Part shown: piece after piece, positions 40,601-52,600 of the stretch
How the letters are laid out: the number at the start of each line of letters is the position of its first letter
Position numbering within the stretch: the stretch's first letter is position 1
Assembly (NCBI GenBank): GCA_043228905.1
Contig: JBHGNT010000001.1
Coordinates: forward strand, 1,054,001-1,118,000
Reading direction: 5' to 3'
Origin: Azolla caroliniana
Taxonomy: Eukaryota; Plantae; Polypodiophyta
DNA length: 64,000 bases
The notes under the pieces: model-generated
What the model saw: only the letters and a program-made list of their open reading frames with translations
What the model was told of the DNA's origin: nothing
The model's database searches: none
Position numbers and translations under genes: made by a program

Positions 40601-43600
40601 TATTATGCTGCAGAATATATGACAACTTTTGAGTCACTTGCAAACTGAGTTCTCGATGGGAAAAAACTTATAAAGATTGAAATCTAGCATGTTGAACTTT
40701 CTAAAAAGTAGTGAAATGACCAAAATATTGGATGCTTACAAGAGAACAATAAGAAATATGCATACATCATGATTAAATGTAAAGACAAGCAATTGACTAC
40801 AATAAAACATCATGAATGAATGAGAGGGCAATTAATTGACAAGAAGAAAAATGAAATTAGGATTGCAGGTAACCAAAACCTTGGGATTACTAGTTCAATG
40901 CAATAAACTTACATTTGTCTGAATGGCATCAAAATTTTTATAGTTGCACTGTTTCCCAAATTCATCTAGCTTCTCCTTCATAAGGAGTGAGAATTCATTT
41001 GCCCCACAGCAGAAATCAACGACCTATAAAGCAAACGAAATCAAGCAACATCTTAAAAAACAATGGTGGGGAAAGAGAGACAAAAAAGCATGCCTATATA
41101 CAAGTTGTGCTTCAAAAAAACTCGTAGTTTCCTGCTATCAAAAATTTATTCAACTTACAATGCACCATCCTGAACTTTAACTTCAATAGAAACACTGCAG
41201 AATTGTTCTTTAATTTATCAAACGCTTCTCTATATGTGGATGCCATCTTTAGGGATAATTCGTTCTTAGGTAAATCCGTGAGGTTAATAAAGATGTTTGA
41301 AAACTTTCTATGATCAAAACATTTCCCAAGAGAAGAAATAGAAAAGAACATCATGTAACACTGGGAACCACTAGTAGGACAAACAGATAAACAAGTAATT
41401 GACAATAACAAAGACAGCCCCCATTCTTTCAAGCTCTTCATTAATCAATGCATTGCCAAATATAATGGTGTCCTATAGACCATTACCATTGCGCATTCCA
41501 TCTTTTTCTAACTGATATTTTAGGAAAATAATCCAACTAAATTGTTACAAGAGAAAATATCCAAACATAGAAAATTCTAGACAAATTTACGTCTACATAA
41601 TCTAGAATAAGGTTTGAAAGTTCTGCGCCTAATAAGCAATTAGTATTAAATCATTTACCATATCACCTTCATCCATATACCAATGTAGCCTATCAGCAAT
41701 CTGAAATATAAGCAAAGGAATTGTGGAAAGGTCAAACAGAAGTTAATAACATGTACAAAAACAAATACCATTTAAAAATAAGAATAAAAAGATGAGCTGA
41801 TCCATAAGAAAGCAGTTTTAAGATGCATAAACTGTGATGCATGCGTATGGTGTAGAGTAGCTGTTATGGTTCAACTTGTGTCAGAGTTTTATTGATGAGC
41901 ATTAAACTGAAGATCTCTAGCATTAAGGCAGATACCCGCCTTCCAATGACTTATGAGAATCTGATACATTTATACGTGACGAGATTAGCTAAAAGAAATG
42001 TAAGGTTTTCAGATGTCATATGTTTGTTCGACATTTGCTCAATTAATTCAACACAGTAATTAAGTACAGAGATAATTAATTAATGAGAAACTGATTAATG
42101 GTAATGTTATGAGCGGCATGAACAGGTACATGAACGAAAAAAAATACAAAGACATCCGAAATTATCCTTTCTGCATCAGCAGACGCAATGTGAGCAGAAG
42201 CATGGGAAATGTGTGATAAAACTATGGTCCAGAATACAATCGAAATATTACAATTTAGATGATGTGCTTTTGCACTTGAGTATACATTCAACTGCTCCGA
42301 AGAAATAAAGACATCCAAGGGGAATTATACTGGACCACGAAAGTGAGAAAATATGCCAGATATGTTACTAAAATAGCAAAATAGTAGAAAACTAAGCTAG
42401 GAATATTAGATCAAAAAAAGAAGGAACCAAAAATATAGATAGAGAAGCAAAAAATAATGTGAATAAAAGGAATACACCCTTTAATCTTTATTGCAATAGC
42501 TTTCGATCTTTGCAATTTTATATCATAGATGTTCCTTTGAATTTTCTTTTCATTTGTGCTTTATATTATTTCCTTGCAAAGTGTTAACTTCAAATTTCTT
42601 AATTATGCCATAGGCTATGTAACTTCCGTACTGAAAAGTTCAAGCATCATTATCATTTCCATGGTTGTTTACGTACCCGTATTTAACGTTTAAATACGTA
42701 TAGTACCTCATCATTTGTATAGTACATACTATACCTCAATGTTGTTTAGTCAAATATCATGTTCATTTGTCCAATACGGTATTTAACGTTTTTTACAATA
42801 TTATAGATATTTTTTAGAAAGGTAAATAATTTTCAAATTCTAGAAGTATTTAACGTACTATACGTAAAATACGCACTTTACATATTTTATAAGTATTTAA
42901 CATATTAAGAAAACGTATTTAACGTATTTTTAAATTGGGAGGTACTATATGGGTATTAATACGTTAAATACGTATGGTATCCGTACAGTACCTAACATAC
43001 CTAACAACCTTGATCATTCCTACGTAATGTATATTTTAAATCAAATGAAGACAGTCAATTCTTCCTTTTGAGAGAAACCTTCAACCTAAAGACTATGGCC
43101 GACCTTTTAATATGGATCAAACTAATGATGAGCAAAAAAATAAGAGATTAAGAAGAAGAATGGATTGAGGATGCTTAAACACTCCAATAACCCCCGAGTG
43201 AAGGACATGGGACAAACATAAAATACAATTGGTGCCCCATACTACCAATATTATCTTATGGTATACCTTAGTTGTTGAATAACAGATCCAAAATCTCGAC
43301 AATGTCTCAAAATACCATAACAAAGGGGACGCTCAGTATCTAAGGCTCCCAAATCAACACATGTTCTCATGTGTCATAGGTCCTTATGGGTGTGTTCCAG
43401 TTCCTAGGATAACCAGTTTCCCGATTATCCCACCCTTAACCCATCACAACCAGCTATAGAATTGGTCCGTAAGATTATGCCTATAATAACTTTAGTATTT
43501 TTAGCAGACACCTAACAGCCCCTTAGGAAAAGAGGACTGCCAGATTTAACCAAAATACAGCCATCAATACAGTATTTTATGTCTTCGCTGAGGCTATGGC

Positions 43601-46600
43601 ATATATCATTACCTGTGAAAAGAGGCACTGGTGTGGCTACAATACAACCATCATTACCCATTCAATACATTTAAATATGGACTGTGGATCCATAATTTCA
43701 TGCACAATACTTTCTCCCCTTGTTGAGGCTAAAATATAATACAAGCATATGTAGAGGAAGCTTCAGTAAAACAAATATTTGCATAATTATTTCATTCAAA
43801 AGATTGAGCATTTGAAAAAAAGTAAAATGACAGTAAAAAAGAAATGCAAACCCGTTCAAGTTTTTCCGTTTTCGTGAAGTGCCGACCGTAGGAAGTGTAC
43901 CTTGTACCATAAAGAAATGGTGACAGATAAACTCGCAAATCATTCTGATCATTCACAAAAAATAACAAAACCAGTCAGGTGTGTCCAAGATAAATCCACA
44001 AAGATTAGTACATACGATTATAAAAATATTGCCTTGGGAATTTTTAATAGTCATGTTATTCATCAGTTTGTAAATACTAAACACACATTCATGAATTTGA
44101 CTTAACAAGGACATAGGAAGCATACACAACCAAAGAAAATGAAAAACAGAGAGTGACACATGGAATGTAGAATATAGAAAAAACCACATGCACAAGATAC
44201 ATGTGCCATTGCCAGTAACTGTCTATCGGGTAGCCACTGTCATTTGCATAGCCTGAATCCTATACACTATACAAATTTATAATAGGGCCCATGAGTAGCA
44301 GAAACCTTGATTAACAAGTATGGTAATGAGTATAGCCTTTTCCAACTTGTAGTATCAATAATAGCTATCCTTTTGTTATCATCATCCAGATCATGTTTTT
44401 TTACAACTGATTGTACATAGTTTAAGGCAGTTCATTTTGTTATTCGCATAGCTGAAGTTATCGCTTCAATCCTGGGCCCTATAAAAGTGCCTTCAATTTT
44501 CATTCTCATTTATCAAGCCTTCAGGTGGTACATAAACCTTTACATGTTGTCCAGTTCTATATCTTGCACAACCCACTTGGAGGCTTCTACTCTTCTCAAT
44601 GTAAAAGACTGCATATAATTGTAAAACAAGTTTATCAGATCATAAGGTATAATACAAACCAAGTTTGCTTCCTTGTTATCTCCTTAATGGTATGAGACCT
44701 TCCCTTGTTGTATATAAGCATCATTCCAATTTGCAAAGTATCTATCAGTATTGTTAACACTCAGAAGGTATGAATTACTTTTATCAACGTCCCTGTGAAA
44801 TGCAAACTCTATCTGTGTCTCCATAAAATGCAGTTCATGCTGAACTGAAATGTGGAATGCGTGGAAGATATCCTCAGATGTGTGAAACCACATAAAACAA
44901 TGCACTGTCAACACCATTTCACAGTTTTCATTCCTTACTTTGATTTTTGACCTCTTTGGGTTCTTATCAGTCCACAAGTTTCCTACAACTTGTTCTAGAC
45001 TGCCACCCTTATTGTCAGGACGCTATCAATATTTCATCAGTTGACATGATTCTTCCTAACGTTAGCAGAACATATTTCAGTTTCTGAAAAGCTGGGGAAT
45101 TTGTCTTAATGTTACAGTACTACTGGGTTTACTTTGCTGGAATAATCAGACTCTTTTTAGAATTTTGGTAGATCATGTATAAATTTCAGATTTTTCTCTG
45201 AAATTTTCTACTTATCCACACCAACATGCTTCAGTCCAACATGCCTGACATGTTTCAGGCTGAAATGGTGTGTTTTGGAGATGATATATTTCATGGAGGA
45301 TCATGATGTGTGATCACTGATGTATAAAGGCAGACATATATACATGTATTGGATATCAATCACATAAGTAGTGTGTATATTCATATCATATCCTAAGTTG
45401 ACTGAATTTCTCATATTATCAAGTCTTCTACCATCATTTTCTACATATGCAATTTTAAATAGAGAAAAACTCAGGAAATAACCAAGTTTTCATTTTTCCA
45501 CAACTGTCCCTGAACAACCCCAAAGAAGGATAAAAAAGGGGTAAACTGATCACCAACTGCTGAAATAGCTTGCTCAAGAGAGGGGTTAGCAAAGGTGTTT
45601 GGGGAAACTTAAGGGGCATTTGGGAAATTAAAGAAAATCCAGGATCTTGAATATAGCATCTTAAACCATACCCTACATATTTCGAGATACTTGACCAAGT
45701 GAGGAGAGCATTTCATTTTTGCTTCCTCAATACTACCACCATTCTCAAGGGTCTCCACAGCTTTCTGCATCCCCTGCAATGAAGGCCCATCAACACGATT
45801 GTCTTTTCATTAGCTTAGTAGTGTTGTAGGAATGAACTAACCAGCACATTACGGAGGCTTTCTCTTACCTTTATTATTGACTCAATTCTGACAAGAGAGT
45901 GCTTTCTATAAGCAGTTTTAGGATTTGCACCCCTATAATTCATAGGCACTTCATGCTTTCTCAATACACTCTCCAATGTTACCCTCGCTTTGGCTCTTTG
46001 AATGATGCTATCCACCCTGTTTAAACCACAAGATTAACCAGGTCGAAGAATACAAACAAATCATAGGACAGCTTGCTGAGTCAGATTTCACTTACATCCT
46101 TCTTGTTTCATTGCTTACAATACTTGATTTACCCAAACAAGACTTGCTTTTCTGCAGGGGCTGTTGTAGACTTGTATTAACTGCAGGTTTAAGCTTTACA
46201 CCTGTTCCACTCACCTTTTCCTGCCTCAATAAGCCATCTGGATCACATTTTTCATTGCTTTGGTCAACATTTTCACAAGACTCTGTGGTCTTTCCATCAT
46301 GCTTTATAGAAGAGTCTAGCTTTCTTAACACAAACACAGGAGGACGTCCACTGGACATGGCACCATCCAGCTTCTTCTTTATGGAAATTGGTCCAGAGGA
46401 AGCTGTTGCAGTCTTCTTGTGTAAAGCATCAGCTTCTGATGCCATTACAACTTTCTTTCCAACTATTTGATTCGAGCCATCTTTGTTTCTCTTCTTAAAA
46501 GAATCTACCTTGTTCCATTTTGCTTCTTTTTCCATTTGTTCCAGTTTATTATTTTCTGATGTTCGTCTAGCTGTGGACATATAACCTGTAGGAAACTTCA

Positions 46601-49600
46601 CTTGACTCCTTGCAGGTGTCCCCAGCTTTGAAATTATAGGATGCCGCCTGTTACAAATAATATTCTACTACCTAAGATAGATATAGAGAAAATATTCAAT
46701 TATCTTTCCATGAAAGGATCTTCCTACTAAGAAATGTCAGCAAAGTATCGCAAACTATCCATGTTAGCTTGATTTCAGGTTACTGAAGGTAATTAATCCA
46801 AAACAAGCTGAATTGTGTTATTCATGTCTACATATAGCAATGGGCATGATTTCGGCTCAAACCGAACCGAACCGTTAAACCATTGTTTAACGGTTTATTG
46901 GTTCCAAAAAAATTTAATGGTTTGGTTTGGATTTTCGTAAACGGTTCAGTTTCGGTTTGGTTTGGTTCTAAAACTCCGGTTTATAGGTTTGGTTTAAAGG
47001 TTTATAGGTTTTTGGTTTAACTTTTTTTTTACCTTAATAGTTTATTAATTTAATGGTTTAATTAATGGTTTTTTATTGATTTAATTAATTTAACTTAGAT
47101 ATTTATTTAATTTAATGGTTCAATTAAAGTTTCTTTTATTGATTTAATCAATTTAACTTAAATGCTTATTTAATTTAATGTATTTTTGTTTATTTAGATG
47201 TTTAATTAGTTTGATTTAAATGGTTAGGTTTAAATTTTTTTAACTTTTCCCTAAACGGTTAGGTTTAAATTTTTTATTAAATGGTTCAGTTTGGTTTCAA
47301 CTTTTCCCTAAACGGTTTGGTTTGGTTTTTGTTTTATATAAACGGTTCGGTTCGGTTTCTTTGCCTTGAAACCAAAACCGAACCGTGCCCATTGTTATCT
47401 ACGTATATTATGAGTCATAACTAAATGCTTCAATTAATGTGATCATTTAGATAGACAGCATTATTTTACACATTAACTCTTCAATCTTTATATGCTGCGA
47501 TACAGCTTTATTTAATCATCTCTTATATATAGAGTACATACCTTCAAGGAAATAAATTAAGAGTTTGAAGTTACAAATATAAGGTCTGAACAACATTAAC
47601 AAAAGAACCAAGTAAAAGTTTACTTGTTTGCCTGCAGCATCCTGCCGAAGAAGGCACAAACAAAATATGGTTTGTAATGGCTCATGACCATATGCACACT
47701 CTCATGAGACAATAGACAACAGATTTATCTATCAGTCTGTGGCCAGACTTAATCTGAATATATATGGTTCGGACATAGAACTAGGGTTTCCTCGTATATG
47801 CTAGAGCAAGCTAGCATTATGCTAGCTTCTTTACCTTCTTGGTCGCCTCAATCGTGAGTAGAGAGATATGGCTCCTATTTGTAGAGATAAACTGTTGATG
47901 GTCAGGGGGTAGAGCCATTCTCCCAAGGGGTTAGCATGAGGGGGAGAGAGAGAAAGAAAGAGAGAGACAATGACTTAGAGAGGCACCTTCTACTATTTCA
48001 TTCATGCTTCACACAAAGACTCTCACTCTCATCCATCCCCGTACCTCTCGTACGGATAACACATATGGCACGCCCATGGGACAGTGCCTTGCATGTCGAA
48101 CCCACATGACCACATCCTAAACATCAACATCGATCCTTGAACTCATTCGACCAGAACTCCCTCGGATTCAAGCTTCTTCTTGTATCTTCATCATCACTAT
48201 TGTATTTTTCAGCATCTTGAACCATCTTCTTGATTTCCTCCTTGCTCAATCTTCCCTTGTCATTTAAGAAATCTTGCAGAAGTTGTTGCACCTTCAGAAT
48301 CCTCATTAATCCTCCCACAAGCACCATATCATGGATGCTGCTCTTGTCCACCTTGGCATCACGCAAGCACTTCTCCACTGGCTCCATGCACTTCCTTGTG
48401 ATTTTGAAGGATGACAAATAACCCTACTATTACTAATTTTCCCTGCAACTGCATCCATTCCAGAAGTAGAGATTATTTTAGCATCCTCTTCATCATCGTA
48501 GGGGGTTAAAGGCACTTCAGGGATATGCATCTCATCATGGTTTGTGCCATTCTCTAGTAGTTCCAATGGGCATTCCAGGATTGAGGTGAGTCGAGGATAG
48601 AATGCCTCCAAGTCACTTAGTTCTCTCTTTTGTTGTTCTGCCACTTCTGAGCTTTCCTCACCTGAAGCCATGAATAATGTAGCATCCAACAGGAACTTAG
48701 GAGGTTTGCTCCAAGAATTTCAGGACAGATATTCAACTCTGATTCCGTGCGAGCTCGTTTTGCATGAAATCTTTGAGGAATATCATACATTTGATTGTGA
48801 TAATTATTGCCTGACAGATCTGATCACTGGTTGCCCATGTCACAGATTTCACTCTCCCACGCCTGTTAGCCCTATTAGCTTCACTGCGTTTTATAGCAGA
48901 GACATGCCCACTCGGGTTTAAACATGCCACAGCGGCCATGGCAACGACCAAGGATTAGGTTTGGGCAAAATAAGGCTTAAATAGTTAAAAAGAGTTAGAA
49001 TCTCATCACGGTCGCCAAGTGATACACAGGAAAGAGGGTGGGAACTTCCACCGCATATAATTCATCGACTTCTTCTCCAAAGGGGGTTCATCGTAGGGCG
49101 TGCCAAGTGTTGATGGGTGGGGGGTGGTGCCAACAAGGGGGTTGAGCATGAGGGGGAGAGAGAAATAAAGAAAGAGAGAGACAATAACTCAGAGAGGCAA
49201 CTTCTACTATTTCATTCATGCCCCATATGGGGTTATATAGTTACATGAGGGTTACAAATCAAGAAGATATGTAGGGTAGTTCTTCCATATCTACACACAT
49301 GCACACACATATGCATATATTTATACACATACGAACATTCTTACTCACTTTTGGGCACATTACACATACACTTACAACACAGACTCTCGCTCTCATCCAT
49401 CCCCATACCTCTCGTACGGATAACATAAACACCATATACAACGTATAACCATGGAGATCATGGCTGTGTTATGGCGCAGAGATATCCTTCATCAATCATG
49501 TCAACCAATGGATCAACCTTCTGCCCACTGACTCCCAGGGTGTGCAGTTTTTTGGGTGATCATTCTACATAAGTTGTTGATTTCCGTGGGAATAAAAGTT

Positions 49601-52600
49601 TTTCAATTGCAGTCTCTCAATATTATGCACTTCTCTGACAACTATCTAGATTCTCTAACTACTCTTAGGGTACCAACTCTTTTTTCTCGTGATTTTTTTG
49701 AAATTTTTGGTACTATCTTACTATAAAAAAAACATATAACATGGCTGACTCAATAAAGTTGTACTAAAGCTAAAATAAGGCTAGTAACAAAAAATCTGCA
49801 ACTAAGACCTAGCATGCCAAAAAAGCATCCCACCAAAAAAATTTAACCTAGAGTACAAAACCTCCGTATAAAAATCCCAAAATCAAATCAATCTTAAAAT
49901 AACAAAAAGGCCAAATACTATCTCATAGAGGTCTCAGAACCATCCTACCCAAGGATGGATGTGTCAAGTTGTACCTTTTACAAGAAAGGAGGCAACGCTG
50001 AGAAGTAAAACTTTGTTCAAAGGCTCCACATAAGGAAGAGTTCCCTCGGACTTGCTTCTATAAATGATGATGTTGGAACATATTGACCAAAGCATCAAAG
50101 AGGACAAATTGAATCATCATAAAAAACTGAGGATATCCATCCTCATCAAATAAAATACATGAGGAAACTTGCAAAACTTCCCCTATATTCTAATAACTTA
50201 CCAAACTGAACTATTGACGAATTTACTAATCAACTTTACGACGATATGCAAACACCGTCATATATTTTTGCCTAAATTTCTATTCAAGATAAAAATCACG
50301 ATTTTTGTTATAGGTTTTAGGGTTAGGGTTAAGGACGATGATAATCATGATAAAGATAGACATTGTGTAATGGTGGAGATGATGATTGGTATGATGGTGA
50401 GAGAGAACATGAAGAACAAGACAAGCATTGCGGGGTGGGGGGTGGTGCCTAGAATGGCTCCACCCCCCTCCCAAGGGGGTTCAACGTTAAGGAGAGGGAA
50501 GAGAGAGAGAGAGAGAGATGAAAAGAGAGATAGATAGAGAGAAATGATTCCCCTTTCATTCATTCCCCATAAGGGGGTTAAATAGTACAAGAGGGGGTAG
50601 ATACAAAGGGGTGTAAGCCCCCTAGAGCATTCATACTGGACACTCACTCATACCTCCTCGTATCCATCCACATGCACACACGTGTGCATGTGTTCACATA
50701 TGTATCGACTCACAATTACATTTATGCCCCCTACACATACACAACATTATGATAACATTCGACCCTCGCTCATCACACTTGACTCTCCGTACATCTCGTA
50801 CGAGGTAACAATTTTCATGAACTATGATTCAGCTCATACCAATGTATTATACTTTAGGAAAATATAAACATCAACTGATGGCTAAAAGGGATTCAAAAAC
50901 TCTTTTGGTACAATTTAACAAAAACTAACCCACAACTTATCTAAACACTTTCTACGACTCACTTGCAATATATAAGAATTCGATTTAGCAGAAGACCATC
51001 CCAGGCTCTCGTAATCTGATCCTCTCCTCTTGGTTCATCCTCGATTTCCTCGTCAAATAGAATGGAGCTGCAAAATGTATTACAGGAGCAAATTTGTGTT
51101 ATTAAACTTACATATGGCATGGCTTCTTTCTAAACTATAATATTTCAAGAAACTTACGCAGGGAAACATTTGCGATGCCAAACCCTTGGACACCTTCGGC
51201 AAATGCCAAACTGTAAATCTCTCTCTTCTTTCACTTCCCCTTTTCCACATTTCCAACACTTATGCATAGGGCACACAAACCCTTTTCCTTCATTTATCAT
51301 TTGAGCAAGAGCAATTTGTTCAATTTTGTCATTATCTTGTAGAATCAATTCCGCAGCACACATAGGGTGATAAAAGTGACCACACATAGCTGCATCACAA
51401 ACAAATACCTGCAAAAAATATTTTAGCAATGTAAGTAATCTTAGATTCCGTCACCCATACAAGCTGATCAATGTAAACTTTGAAAGGAAGGATAAGATTA
51501 TTTCTTTGGAAGTACTGAGGCAACCCCACTTTTCACATAGAGGTTGAAGTAAACAATTTCTAACATACGTTATTGAGAAGTAATGGTACACATTGGAAAG
51601 GGCGCAGTATTATTAATCTTTTGAAGGTATATAAACCTGTGTATTGGCACCTCAAATGGAAGCATTTGATCACTTCATTGCAAAAACACATAAAGAAAGA
51701 TACCTCTTGCACAGCACCAGCTGTCTCATCTGAACACCCAAGTTCTCCACATGCATAGCATTGATGTTCTTTTGCTTCACAATTTGGACAATAGAACTTG
51801 TCCATCCTCTATAAAGCAAACACTTTGTCAATGTTTTCAGTCCAGGCTACTGGTAATTCACAGTAAACATGCAAAAGTGATTAAATGATTCCAAACCTCC
51901 AGCTTAGATTTGCTAAAACCCAATGTTGAGCAATTGACGTCATCAGCACCTTGTGCATTTTTATGGACATGGAATGACCTCATGCATGGACCATCACATC
52001 TGTTCTCAACCAAAATGAACAAGATGTATTTGCCCCTTTAGGTTCGAAAAATATGATACCTCGTATATTCAGTCATTAAGGAGGAAATAGATCAAATGCA
52101 GACATTTTACCCAGTAACTTCACCACCATTGTCACAAATACAACAAACAGTTTCGAAAAGATCACCAACTTCATCATCTGCATCTTCTCCAAAACCATTC
52201 ATTTCCTCGTCCAGCCCTAGTCCTACTTCTAGCTTGCTTCTTTTGTACATGTGATGCAGCTCAGCTTCATTATCTTCGCCATCAGAGACATGCATCCGCT
52301 TTCTATTACTTTGTTGACCATCCTAGAGACAATAAGACACAATGAAAAAGAAAAATACACAAGATCCTCTACAAATGAAAAATATAGTAATACATTTACA
52401 GAATCCCACATGAGGGCAAATCCATCAAATCATAATGCGAGTCCCTTGAATGTTATATAATGTAAGTCCCTGACATGACAAACAAGTTCCTATCACTCTA
52501 AATTATGGAACTTCCATTTTGCATGACAAATGATATTCAAACTTAGCATTTTTTTCTTCATTAGGTATTGCAAAAGTCTAGCACATTATAAAGACTTGTA

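Larger units (their letters stand above)
47893..49425 (+). mobile_element. Non-autonomous (TRIM-like) LTR retroelement with captured host gene fragments
   Basis: LTRs 47893-48061 and 49108-49425, both TGTTGATGG...GGATAACA; perfect 5-bp TSD TAAAC (47888-47892, 49426-49430); PBS TGGCACGCCCATGGGAC at 48066-48082; no gag/pol. Confidence 0.92.

Noticed and set aside
48306-48689. Functional C3H6-HSP70 fusion protein
   Set aside because: The two fragments are in different frames and each is truncated or frameshifted
49040-49105. Complete tRNA-Arg gene ending at GGGCGTGCCA
   Set aside because: Only the last 10 nt match, with a weak GGGTTC upstream; no cloverleaf can be drawn
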